Shown: positions 55,999 through 64,000 of the stretch, piece after piece | Position numbering within the stretch: position 1 is the first letter of the stretch | How the letters are laid out: each line of letters opens with the position of its first letter | Origin: Candidatus Saccharimonadales bacterium | GTDB taxonomy: Bacteria > Patescibacteriota > Saccharimonadia > Saccharimonadales > UBA4665 | Direction of reading: 5' to 3' | Length of the DNA stretch: 64,000 nucleotides | Assembly: GCA_035713075.1 (NCBI GenBank) | Contig: DASTAD010000025.1 | Location: forward strand, 10,568 to 74,567 | Program-made: the position numbers and the translations under genes | Notes under the pieces: generated by a model | Databases searched by the model: none | Seen by the model: the letters and a program-made list of their open reading frames with translations, nothing else | Told to the model about the DNA's origin: nothing

Positions 55999-56073
55999 TG
56001 GCTCCGGGGACTGGATTCGAACCAGCGACCTAGTGGTTAACAGCCACCCGCTCTACCGCTGAGCTACCCCGGA
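55999..56073 (-). tRNA. tRNA-Asn (anticodon GTT), CCA encoded
   Basis: The reverse complement is TCCGGGGTAGCTCAGCGGTAGAGCGGGTGGCTGTTAACCACTAGGTCGCTGGTTCGAATCCAGTCCCCGGAGCCA, a canonical cloverleaf with anticodon loop CTGTTAA. Confidence 0.92.
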
Positions 56074-56127
56074 ATATTGTAAGAACTTGTTTATTCTAAC
56101 TAGTCTTTAACAGATTGTAAATGTTAA

Positions 56128-56595
56128 TTAATAGCCTGTACGTTTAATTTCAGTGGCCGCTCTGCGTGCGTCATCCCTGGCTTTCAAAGCGTGTCGCTTG
56201 TCGTATAGCTTCTTGCCTTTACCTAAAGATATGCGTAGTTTAATGTATTTCCCGCGTGTTAACATCTCTAAAGGTACAATTGTCCGGCCTTGTTGCTTAG
56301 CTGCCTGTAGTGCTTCAATTTCCTTCCGTTTTGCCAGAAGTTTACGGGCACGGGTTTTATCAGTATCTGTAATTCGTATACCGCTGTCTCCAGTAATGTT
56401 GGCGTTGATCAGATATAGCTCGTTATTTTTGATAGTGACGTAGGCTCCCCTAAGTTGGCCGTGTCCCAGGCGTAGGCTTTTAGCTTCGGCGCCAGTTAGT
56501 TCTAAGCCAACAATAAGTGAATCCTCTAGCACGTAATCATGCCGGGCTTGACGGTTGGTTATTGTACCTGCTGCTTTCTTTCTTTTCTTAGCCAT
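56128..56595 (-). CDS. smpB: SsrA-binding protein
   Basis: ITNRQARHDYVLED..., GLELTGAEAKSLR, and a basic C-terminal tail. 155 aa. Confidence 0.92.
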   Translation of the reverse strand: MAKKRKKAAGTITNRQARHDYVLEDSLIVGLELTGAEAKSLRLGHGQLRGAYVTIKNNELYLINANITGDSGIRITDTDKTRARKLLAKRKEIEALQAAKQQGRTIVPLEMLTRGKYIKLRISLGKGKKLYDKRHALKARDDARRAATEIKRTGY

Positions 56596-56641
56596 AATTT
56601 TAAGTATGAACTATCAGTAAGCGTAGACGCTAGTTTTTACC

Positions 56642-57745
56642 TTATTGCTTGTCTGAACTAAACTCCTTTTTAGCAACGTTCCAGAGGCTGGGGTCATGAA
56701 GAATCACTTTTCTATAGTACCAATACTCTGCGCCCCACATTTCTATTTGCTTCATACCTGTCGCTTTGCCGAAAGCGAACCGGTTCATTAACCTGCTTGC
56801 GTTAATGGATTTATTTTGCTCAGTTAGACTTGTCTGCGTTATGGTCTGTCCATGTGGCGGCCAAGCCTCGGCTTGCAGCTCATCTATCATCATGTCGCGG
56901 TGAAGGAATATCTTCTGCCAGCCAGCTAGAAAAGCGTAATACCAAGCCGGAAACGGATATTCTAAGTAGCGGTGGGTAACTCCAGCGTCCCAGACTCTTT
57001 TATATACCGAGATGCCGTATTCGTCTGGCTTAGGGGCGCCGTCAGGAAAACCGATTGCATTATTGCTGCGCCCGACGACTACCGGATGTGCCGGATCTAG
57101 TTTCTTGATTAAATTATATTCGCTAACCAGTCGGCTTCGGGAATCGTTAGTACAATTGCCAAAACCTTGTAGAAAATATTCGTTTTCCAGCTGGTATTTT
57201 TCTAGAGCCGGTGAATTCTTATAGCGATTTATTACAGCGCTCATAAATTGTAGTAGCTGAGGTTCCCATTGACTCTCAGGCGCTGAGGTATTAACCCAGG
57301 TCGGCGCGTGACACTCGGGCCATCTAGGCTGACGAAGCCCGAGAGTCAGTATCACGGAAGCGTGGGCTTTAACGGCTTTTTGGAATTCCCAGTCGAGTTG
57401 AGAAAAATCGTATTTGCCGGGGGATGGTTCCAAGTCGCTCCAGTAGCTGACTAGTCGGAACTGCTTAACGCCAATACTCGTCAGGGCGTCCATAGTATTC
57501 TGCGGATCAAGGCCTAAACTCTGAGCGTAATCGGGTATAAAGCTGACGCCTAGCTGCAGCGGTATATGCGCTTCACTCCTTATGTACCACTCACCAATGC
57601 CAAAGATGCCTAGACTAACTATTAAAAGTAGCAAGAATACTATTGAGATGATTTTATGCCAGATACTCTTTGACCAGTATCTATATGACATTAGCCTTAA
57701 GGTTTTTAACAGTTTTAAAATGTAGGATGAATTAAGTTTTGGCAT
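56642..57745 (-). CDS. membrane-anchored TIM-barrel glycoside hydrolase (GH5/GH42-like)
   Basis: N-terminal TM. FRLVSYWSDLEPSPGKYDFSQLD and the acid/base-like QLENEYF motif. Confidence 0.55.
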   Translation of the reverse strand: MPKLNSSYILKLLKTLRLMSYRYWSKSIWHKIISIVFLLLLIVSLGIFGIGEWYIRSEAHIPLQLGVSFIPDYAQSLGLDPQNTMDALTSIGVKQFRLVSYWSDLEPSPGKYDFSQLDWEFQKAVKAHASVILTLGLRQPRWPECHAPTWVNTSAPESQWEPQLLQFMSAVINRYKNSPALEKYQLENEYFLQGFGNCTNDSRSRLVSEYNLIKKLDPAHPVVVGRSNNAIGFPDGAPKPDEYGISVYKRVWDAGVTHRYLEYPFPAWYYAFLAGWQKIFLHRDMMIDELQAEAWPPHGQTITQTSLTEQNKSINASRLMNRFAFGKATGMKQIEMWGAEYWYYRKVILHDPSLWNVAKKEFSSDKQ

Positions 57746-57765
57746 ATAATGTAGGTAAAGATCTG

Positions 57766-58608
57766 ATGAACATTAGTTTAGTCATCCCAGTATACAACGA
57801 AGAAGAGCAGCTAGCCGCTTGTCTCGATGCTATAAATAAGCAAACCTTTTTTCCTTATGAAGTCATAGTGGTCGACAATAACTCAGTCGATAATACCTGT
57901 CACATTGCTGAGAAATATGACTTTGTCACCTTAATAAAGGAAAAGCGGCAGGGGGTAGTGCACGCGAGAAACAAGGGCTTTGACCGGGCTACTGGCGACG
58001 TTATCGCTAGGATAGACGCCGACACGATTTTACCTACCGACTGGCTATCTAACGTAAAAGATATCTTTTTTGACCCTAAGATTGATGCAGTTTCCGGAGT
58101 GGCTCATTATTACGGAGTGGCAGCCGGTGATGCTATCAACGCCGTCGATTTGTTCTTCCGTCGGCGTTTAAGCCGGACGTTGAAGGACACGATGTATTTA
58201 TGGGGGGCAAATATGGCAATAAGGACCGGCGCTTATAAAAGCTTAAAGTCAGAACTTTGCTCTCAGGGAAATATGCATGAAGATTTCGACTTGGCGATTC
58301 ATCTTATGGATCGGGGCTGCAACGTCGTCTTTGACGAAAGACTTCACGCGTCGGTATCATCCAGGCGAATCGATAGTAATTTCATCAGTTTTATGAAGTA
58401 TGTCCTCATTAGCCCCAGCACATTTAGCCAGCATGGCAAAAACGTTAAACTTCAGATGTACCCGGTAGTTCTATTCTGCGCTCTGATGTACCTACCGGGC
58501 AGCTTACTCCATAAAGGCTACGATGAAGATACCGGCAAGTTCAACTTAATGAGAATCTTCAGCCAAGGCGCCGCCGCCCGAATCGATCCGACGGCTAATG
58601 TCGCTTAG
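57766..58608 (+). CDS. family 2 glycosyltransferase
   Basis: ISLVIPVYNEE, VVDNNSVDNT and ARIDADT (DxD-like). ATG at 57766. Confidence 0.8.
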   Translation: MNISLVIPVYNEEEQLAACLDAINKQTFFPYEVIVVDNNSVDNTCHIAEKYDFVTLIKEKRQGVVHARNKGFDRATGDVIARIDADTILPTDWLSNVKDIFFDPKIDAVSGVAHYYGVAAGDAINAVDLFFRRRLSRTLKDTMYLWGANMAIRTGAYKSLKSELCSQGNMHEDFDLAIHLMDRGCNVVFDERLHASVSSRRIDSNFISFMKYVLISPSTFSQHGKNVKLQMYPVVLFCALMYLPGSLLHKGYDEDTGKFNLMRIFSQGAAARIDPTANVA

Positions 58609-59122
58609 GCTTGATTCCTAATTTTTCAGTTAATATCTTTTCGTCAGTGTTGGTGCCGTCAATGATAATTGGCTCTTCTTCTGCGCTTGGCTCTTCTAGT
58701 TTTGTAGCTATCGAGTCAAACTGCTGTTCTGACATTATGACGTCGTAAAGGTTGCGGCACTCATGGGCAAAGACGGCGCGTTCCTTAGATAACTTAAGCG
58801 GAGTCTTGACCCACACGAGTACTGTTTTAGCGTTATTGCACTCGGCAATTTCGCGCAGTTTATCTCGATCGGCTTTATGATTAAAATTAGTGTCAAAAAC
58901 CACGCTTTTGCCTTGGCTTAGAAGATAATCCGTGGCGGCGTTTAATTTTTCGTAGAGTTCGTCGCTTTCGGCTTTAGAGTGCCTTGGCTTCGGGAAAAGC
59001 TTGTGTCGCTCGACGTCGGCCCAGATATGTTTGGCGTCGGTATTATCGACTATATATTTAGAAATTGTCGTTTTCCCCGCCCCGGGATATCCAACGAATA
59101 AGTATAAACGCGGTTGATGCAT
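58595..59122 (-). CDS. P-loop kinase-like ATP-binding protein
   Basis: Walker A GYPGAGKTT near the N-terminus. 175 aa, small-molecule/zeta-like kinase size. Confidence 0.55.
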   Translation of the reverse strand: MHQPRLYLFVGYPGAGKTTISKYIVDNTDAKHIWADVERHKLFPKPRHSKAESDELYEKLNAATDYLLSQGKSVVFDTNFNHKADRDKLREIAECNNAKTVLVWVKTPLKLSKERAVFAHECRNLYDVIMSEQQFDSIATKLEEPSAEEEPIIIDGTNTDEKILTEKLGIKPKRH

Positions 59123-59175
59123 GCCTTTTAGTTTAGCAAATGAAAAATGGCAAGAGTTCAGGCATAACTTGCCGA

Positions 59176-59745
59176 TTAGAAATCTATGCCTTTATTAGCG
59201 AGAAACTTATCGTCAAAGTGGTGCTTAATCTTATGCATGTCGGTGGCGATATCGATATGTTTGAGAAGACTTTCCGGAAAATCCCGCCCAGTCAGACATA
59301 GCGATGTCTTAGCGGCTTTATTAACGATCAGAGACTTAAGTTGTTCTTTTGTAATTAAGCCGTCTTTTACGGCGTTATTTATTTCATCACAGATGACTAA
59401 GTCGTAGTCGCCGCTGCTAGCGCAAGTCATGGCTTGCTTAAAAGTATCGGCAGCCGCTTGTCGGTGCATTTCTTCGGAGACATTGGTTTCTGACAGGTCG
59501 CCGGCCTTATAAAAGCCTTTGCCGCCTTTATAGAAGTAAAGCCTATCTTTATAAATCGGCATTATGTCGCGGATAAAAACATGCTCGCCGACTCCCCAGT
59601 ATTTGATGAACTGGATAAACGCGACGTTCATCCGGTTGCCTAAGGCACGGCATAGTAGTCCAAGAGAAGCTGAAGTCTTGCCCTTGCCTTCTCCGGTATA
59701 GACAATGACTACGGATTCCTTGTTCTTATAATCTTCAAAACCCAT
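59176..59745 (-). CDS. cob(I)yrinic acid a,c-diamide adenosyltransferase family protein (CobO/BtuR-like)
   Basis: VIVYTGEGKGKTSASLGL P-loop, FIQFIK, and DLVICDEINNAV. Confidence 0.8.
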   Translation of the reverse strand: MGFEDYKNKESVVIVYTGEGKGKTSASLGLLCRALGNRMNVAFIQFIKYWGVGEHVFIRDIMPIYKDRLYFYKGGKGFYKAGDLSETNVSEEMHRQAAADTFKQAMTCASSGDYDLVICDEINNAVKDGLITKEQLKSLIVNKAAKTSLCLTGRDFPESLLKHIDIATDMHKIKHHFDDKFLANKGIDF

Positions 59746-59792
59746 ATAGCTATATCTTATTACAATAAAATAATTGTAATAGTCGGTCTTAC

Positions 59793-60047
59793 CTAGTTTA
59801 CGAGCTGAAGCTTTTTAAGCGAAGCGTCGATCTTCGGGCGGTCAAAACCTAAAATGATATCGCCTCCCATATCGATGACTGGAATTCCCCGCTGGCCCGA
59901 TTTTTCTATCGCTTCCATGCCGGCTTTAGGATCAGTATCTATATCGATATAGTGGTATTTGATACCTTTATCGTCGAGGTACCTTTTAGCCATGTGGCAA
60001 AAGCCGCACCACTCCGCCCCGTAAATGATTATTTGATTATCTGACAT
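59793..60047 (-). CDS. glutaredoxin-like protein (NrdH/YruB type)
   Basis: IIIYGAEWCGFCHMAKRYL carries a CxxC redox motif. 84 aa. Confidence 0.8.
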   Translation of the reverse strand: MSDNQIIIYGAEWCGFCHMAKRYLDDKGIKYHYIDIDTDPKAGMEAIEKSGQRGIPVIDMGGDIILGFDRPKIDASLKKLQLVN

Positions 60048-60157
60048 ATATCCAGTTTATCACTATACTTTTTAAAGTAAAAGCTCTTTTATTAGTCGGC
60101 TTTAAGGAGTTAGCAGCCTTGCGTGACAATACTCACATTTGTTATAGTAAATAAGAA

Positions 60158-60484
60158 ATGACTAAGACGACAGCGTCAGATATGGCGCCCTCGCCGGAAA
60201 TTAAGGAAAAGACTCCAGTTCCAGAGGGTGGAAATAATCAGTCACTCATGTTGTTCATGAGTGCCGTATTAGATTTGAGCTGGAGAATGGCCATTGTCGT
60301 GCTTCTCCCGATCATCGGCGGTTTTGAGCTCGACAAGCACCTCGGCACATCGCCGAGTTTCACGATTTTAGGCTTCATTTTAGCTATGGCGGGAACATTC
60401 GTCGTGCTTAAGCAAATGCTGGCCGATTATGGCGATAAATCAGTAATTAATTCTTCAGTAAGTAATACTAAGGACAAGAAATGA
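60158..60484 (+). CDS. atpZ: AtpZ/AtpI-like F0F1-ATPase accessory membrane protein
   Basis: Two TM helices (WRMAIVVLLPIIGGFELDK, FTILGFILAMAGTFVVL), directly upstream of and overlapping atpB. Confidence 0.6.
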   Translation: MTKTTASDMAPSPEIKEKTPVPEGGNNQSLMLFMSAVLDLSWRMAIVVLLPIIGGFELDKHLGTSPSFTILGFILAMAGTFVVLKQMLADYGDKSVINSSVSNTKDKK

Positions 60485-61320
60485 CCGAAGTTCTAATACA
60501 ATTTGCGTCTTCCGTGCCAGAGATACATATAGCGCCGCAAACCGTTTTCACTATCGGGGGGGTCAATATAACCAACTCTATCTTATTCGGTTGGATAAGC
60601 CTGGTTATTATGATCGTTTTGTTTATCTGGGTAGCCCGAAAGATTACGGTCAAGCCTAGTAGCGGCATTATCCAGTACGTCGAAGTCATCGCGGAGTTTA
60701 TGTCGGGAACAATTGAAGGCGCTTTCGAAGATAAAGCGCGGGCTCAGAAATATGTACTTTATTTCATGACCATGTTCTTCTTTATTTTAGTCAATAACCT
60801 GTTGGGCTTAATACCTGGAGTCGGTGATCCGATCACGTCTCACGGCGCGCCGCTATTCAGGCCGTTTACGGCGGACTTTAACTCGACTCTGGCTATGGCG
60901 GTACTGACTATGGGGCTTGTATATTTCAGTTCAATAAGAGAGCTAGGGGTTAAGGGTTACCTGAAGCACTTCTTTGTCGGCAGTCTCAAAAACCCCTTGT
61001 ACTTATTTATCGGGCTGATTGAGATAATCACCGACTTGACAAGGGTCGTAAGTCTTTCCCTCCGTCTTTTCTTAAACATAGCCATTGTAGAAATCATCAT
61101 CGTGGTGTTTGCTTGGCTCGGGCATATAATCGCCCCGATTTCGGCTATGCCATTTTTCTTCATGGATCTGTTTGATGATCTGCTCCAGGCATATATCTTT
61201 GTTCTTCTCGGGACCATGTATATTGCCATAGCCGTCAACCACGCTTCCGAGAACCATGAAGAAGATTTATTGACCGAAGGAAGCATTCCTGAAACAATGG
61301 AGGCGAAAACCGGCATGTGA
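60481..61320 (+). CDS. atpB: F-type ATP synthase subunit a
   Basis: Polytopic. The essential Arg region VSLSLRLFLNIAIVE. Operon position. Confidence 0.88.
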   Translation: MTEVLIQFASSVPEIHIAPQTVFTIGGVNITNSILFGWISLVIMIVLFIWVARKITVKPSSGIIQYVEVIAEFMSGTIEGAFEDKARAQKYVLYFMTMFFFILVNNLLGLIPGVGDPITSHGAPLFRPFTADFNSTLAMAVLTMGLVYFSSIRELGVKGYLKHFFVGSLKNPLYLFIGLIEIITDLTRVVSLSLRLFLNIAIVEIIIVVFAWLGHIIAPISAMPFFFMDLFDDLLQAYIFVLLGTMYIAIAVNHASENHEEDLLTEGSIPETMEAKTGM

Positions 61321-61384
61321 TAAGTAAGGCCGGATTAAAGTTTGTTTTATTTAAAGCAGTTAAAGTAATAAGGAGCAATTAATA

Positions 61385-61630
61385 ATGATCGGATTTGCAG
61401 ACATAGCGCAAGTGACCAGCAGTGTAAACATTGCTAAAGGAATAATGATTGGTGGCGGTTTTATAGGACCTTGTATCGGCATGGGCATAATCGGCGGCGG
61501 ATACTTGCAGGCTACGGGCCGTAATCCTGAAGCTAAACTTTTAGGACAGGCTTTAGTCTTCGTGGCTCTGGTTGAGCTTTACGCCCTCCTCGCCTTTGCA
61601 TCAACGTTCTTCATGCTTACAAGTAAATAA
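61385..61630 (+). CDS. atpE: F-type ATP synthase subunit c
   Basis: 81-aa hairpin protein with GRNPEA loop and a carboxylate helix (FVALVELYALLAF). Confidence 0.88.
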   Translation: MIGFADIAQVTSSVNIAKGIMIGGGFIGPCIGMGIIGGGYLQATGRNPEAKLLGQALVFVALVELYALLAFASTFFMLTSK

Positions 61631-61649
61631 TTTAAATAACGTCTAGGTA

Positions 61650-62183
61650 ATGCTTAATTTACTATCACAATTCGCAAGCAGCTCATCGGGGGGCATCGGC
61701 GCCCTTGGCTTAAATGCGCAGTCATTTGTTATACAGCTGTTAACTTTCATAATCGCTCTTCTGATCCTGAGGAAATGGGCGTTTAAACCCATTCTTAAAG
61801 TTATGGATGAGAGGCGTGAGACTATTGAACAAGGCGTCAAACTTGGCGAGGAAATGAAGAAAGAAAAGGCGGATTTCGAAGCCGAGGTTGAAAAACAACT
61901 TCATGATGCCAGGCAGAAGGCCGATGAAATCCTTGCTAACGCCAATGACGCGGCTAGGGAAACAATTAAGGAATCGGAAGACACGGCTAAAGAAAAGGCC
62001 GCCAATATCCTGAAGGCCGCTGAAGAGCGCATAACTCAAGAAACTGCTATTGCCCGCCAGAACCTTGAATCGGAGCTTGTCGGCCTGATCGCTGACGTCA
62101 CCGAAGCGGTCCTGGAAGAAAAAGTCGATCAGACAAAGGACTCAGAACTTATTAAGCGGACGCTTAAGGAAGTCCAAGGATGA
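61650..62183 (+). CDS. atpF: F-type ATP synthase subunit b
   Basis: N-terminal TM followed by a long charged helix. Operon position. Confidence 0.85.
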   Translation: MLNLLSQFASSSSGGIGALGLNAQSFVIQLLTFIIALLILRKWAFKPILKVMDERRETIEQGVKLGEEMKKEKADFEAEVEKQLHDARQKADEILANANDAARETIKESEDTAKEKAANILKAAEERITQETAIARQNLESELVGLIADVTEAVLEEKVDQTKDSELIKRTLKEVQG

Positions 62184-62584
62184 AAACGTCCAGGGTAAAA
62201 GTAGCTGGTTTTATAGCCGACCGTACTTTAAGCGGCGGTATAAACGACAAGCTTGCGCGTGAGGTTGCCGCCTATCTTTTAGTTAACAATCGGGTCAGTG
62301 ATCTTGATTCTATCCTTCGCGACGTCCAACAAGACTGGGCTGACAATGGTTATGTTGAAGTTGTCGCAACCAGTTCTCACCCTTTTACCGATGAAGTTAG
62401 AATGCTGATTGAAAACGAAGTAAAACGCGTCTATCCTTCCGCCAAGACGATTATTATCTCGCCAGTATACGATCAAGAAATTATCGGCGGCGTTAGACTC
62501 AACTTCGCTTCAAGGCAGTTGGATTTAACAATCAAGACAAAGCTTAATAAGTTTAGACAATTAGCGGCAGAAAGAAAGGGATAG
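62180..62584 (+). CDS. atpH: F-type ATP synthase subunit delta (short form, 134 aa)
   Basis: C-terminal [25 protein letters not shown] matches the OSCP/delta C-terminus. Operon position. Confidence 0.75.
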   Translation: MKTSRVKVAGFIADRTLSGGINDKLAREVAAYLLVNNRVSDLDSILRDVQQDWADNGYVEVVATSSHPFTDEVRMLIENEVKRVYPSAKTIIISPVYDQEIIGGVRLNFASRQLDLTIKTKLNKFRQLAAERKG

Positions 62585-62585
62585 A

Positions 62586-64000
62586 ATGAGCGAATTATCG
62601 ATTGCAGAATTATCAGAGGATATCAGATCGGCGATTGCCGAGCTTAAAGAGCGCCCTGAGATTGAGAGCGTGGGTGTGGTCACCAGGGTTGGCGACGGTA
62701 TTGCCTGGGTTTACGGGTTAAGCGCCGCCGGCTATAGCGAAATGATTGAAATCGACGGGCTAAGCGGGCAGAAAATAACCGCTTTCGCCCTTAACCTTGG
62801 CGAAGACGAAATCGGCGCCGTAATTCTGGGGGACGACTCTCAGATCAAGGCAGGAGCTAAAGTCCGGCTGACCGGTAAAGTTCTTGAAGTTCCAGTCGGT
62901 CCTGAACTTATCGGGCGTGTTGTCGACCCGTTAGGAAATCCGCTGGACGGCGGCGCACCTATCAACGCTAAGCAAACCTATCGGGTTGAGCGGACTGCAC
63001 CTGGGGTATTGGAGCGAAAACATGTCCATGAGCCGCTCATGACTGGTATTACTGCAATCGACTCGATGATACCAATCGGACGCGGTCAACGAGAACTTAT
63101 TATCGGTGACCGGCAGACCGGTAAAACCGCTATCGCAGTTGACACTATGGTTAACCAGGCCCGTCAAAAGAGCGGCGTTATTAACGTCTATGTCGCTATC
63201 GGTCAGAAGCTATCCAAGATATCCGCCTTGCGGGAGCGTCTCAAGCGCGAAGGTGTGTTGGATCAAACCATAATTGTGGCTACCGGACCGTCTGACCCGG
63301 CCGCTATGCTATACTTGGCTCCTTATTCAGGGTGCGCTATGGGTGAATATTTCAGGGATAATAAACAGCACGCGCTGATTATCTATGACGACCTGTCTAA
63401 GCACGCCGTTGCCTACCGTCAAATGTCTTTGCTGCTGCGGCGACCGCCTGGACGCGAGGCTTACCCGGGTGATGTTTTTTATTTGCACTCCAGGCTCCTG
63501 GAACGTGCAGCTAAGCTTTCCGATGACTTAGGCGCCGGTTCTTTGACTGCCCTGCCTATCATCGAAACCCAGGCAGGAGATATTAGCGCCTACATTCCGA
63601 CGAACGTCATTTCTATTACTGACGGTCAGATCTTCCTTGAGACAAACTTGTTTTACCAAGGCATGCGTCCGGCGATTTCCGTGGGACTTTCTGTCTCGCG
63701 CGTAGGTGGCGATGCCCAGACTAAGGCTATCAAATCAGTTGGTAGCGGCATTAAGTTAGGCTTGGCGCAGTTTAGGGAGCTCGCGGCATTCAGTCAGTTC
63801 TCTACCGACCTGGATCCGGAAACCCGTCACACTATTGAGCGAGGCCAACGGCTGACAGAACTGCTTAAGCAGCCGCAGTATTCACCGTATGCCATATGGG
63901 AGATGTACGCCGTTCTTTACGCCGCTACTAACGGCGCCTTTGACGGTGTTCCCGTAGAAAAAGTTAAGCTGGCCCAGGAGGCTTTGCTCCGCGAGCTTAA
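62586..64000 (+). CDS. atpA: F-type ATP synthase subunit alpha (5' part; runs off window end)
   Basis: Own translation from the ATG at 62586 gives [20 protein letters not shown]... P-loop [13 protein letters not shown] near 63110-63150. The frame is open to the window end, so it is absent from the ORF track. Confidence 0.9.
   Translation, partial: MSELSIAELSEDIRSAIAELKERPEIESVGVVTRVGDGIAWVYGLSAAGYSEMIEIDGLSGQKITAFALNLGEDEIGAVILGDDSQIKAGAKVRLTGKVLEVPVGPELIGRVVDPLGNPLDGGAPINAKQTYRVERTAPGVLERKHVHEPLMTGITAIDSMIPIGRGQRELIIGDRQTGKTAIAVDTMVNQARQKSGVINVYVAIGQKLSKISALRERLKREGVLDQTIIVATGPSDPAAMLYLAPYSGCAMGEYFRDNKQHALIIYDDLSKHAVAYRQMSLLLRRPPGREAYPGDVFYLHSRLLERAAKLSDDLGAGSLTALPIIETQAGDISAYIPTNVISITDGQIFLETNLFYQGMRPAISVGLSVSRVGGDAQTKAIKSVGSGIKLGLAQFRELAAFSQFSTDLDPETRHTIERGQRLTELLKQPQYSPYAIWEMYAVLYAATNGAFDGVPVEKVKLAQEALLREL

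Noticed and set aside
55996-56040. C-terminal extension of ORF 55726-56040 (..NWLRGLDSNQRPSG).
   Set aside because: This part is simply the antisense translation of tRNA-Asn and is not coding. The first 17 codons of the ORF derive from the 39-bp repeat, so the ORF as a whole is a chimera and not a gene.
1-64000. CRISPR arrays, rRNA genes, intact transposases or IS elements, and alternative genetic code.
   Set aside because: No regularly spaced direct repeats, no rRNA-like sequence and no transposase-like ORF were seen. Long ORFs with standard stops, including in-frame TGA stops at gene ends, argue against a recoded (code 4/25) genome.

Overview
The window looks like a small, gene-dense, mostly housekeeping chromosome segment. 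Its gene set points to a Patescibacteria/CPR (Saccharibacteria-like) organism: sortase, PEGA and DUF3048 envelope proteins, a CvpA-protease fusion, lone nucleotide-metabolism genes and an atpZ-led F-type ATPase operon. That taxonomic call is inference only. Standard genetic code, backbone roughly 45-57% GC by hand counts. I can support about 70 protein genes and three tRNAs: Leu-CAA, Ser-GGA and Asn-GTT. Recognisable genes include gltX, pyrH, xth, pip, zwf, purA, prs, pyrB, purF, gdhA, cfa, nnrD, smpB and atpZ-B-E-F-H-A. There is also a MacB-type ABC pair, a PAS histidine kinase with a receiver, and an envelope glycosylation cluster at 30.6-36.3 kb. The part worth a second look is an AT-richer block of about 7.5 kb (about 48.3-56.0 kb, roughly 35-40% GC by hand counts) that abuts the 3' end of tRNA-Asn. 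It has four unusual properties. (1) It is bounded by the C-terminal remnant of a large serine recombinase. (2) It carries only minus-strand orphan genes: an AAA+ ATPase split by a 1-nt frameshift in an A6 run, a 764-aa protein with no recognisable motifs, three small acidic proteins, a Gly-rich secreted peptide and a 225-aa protein. (3) It contains five copies of a conserved intergenic motif of about 30 bp, one ahead of each transcription unit. (4) It is linked by a 39-bp perfect inverted repeat to an intact membrane-protein gene 19.5 kb away. No CRISPR array, rRNA or intact transposase was seen.
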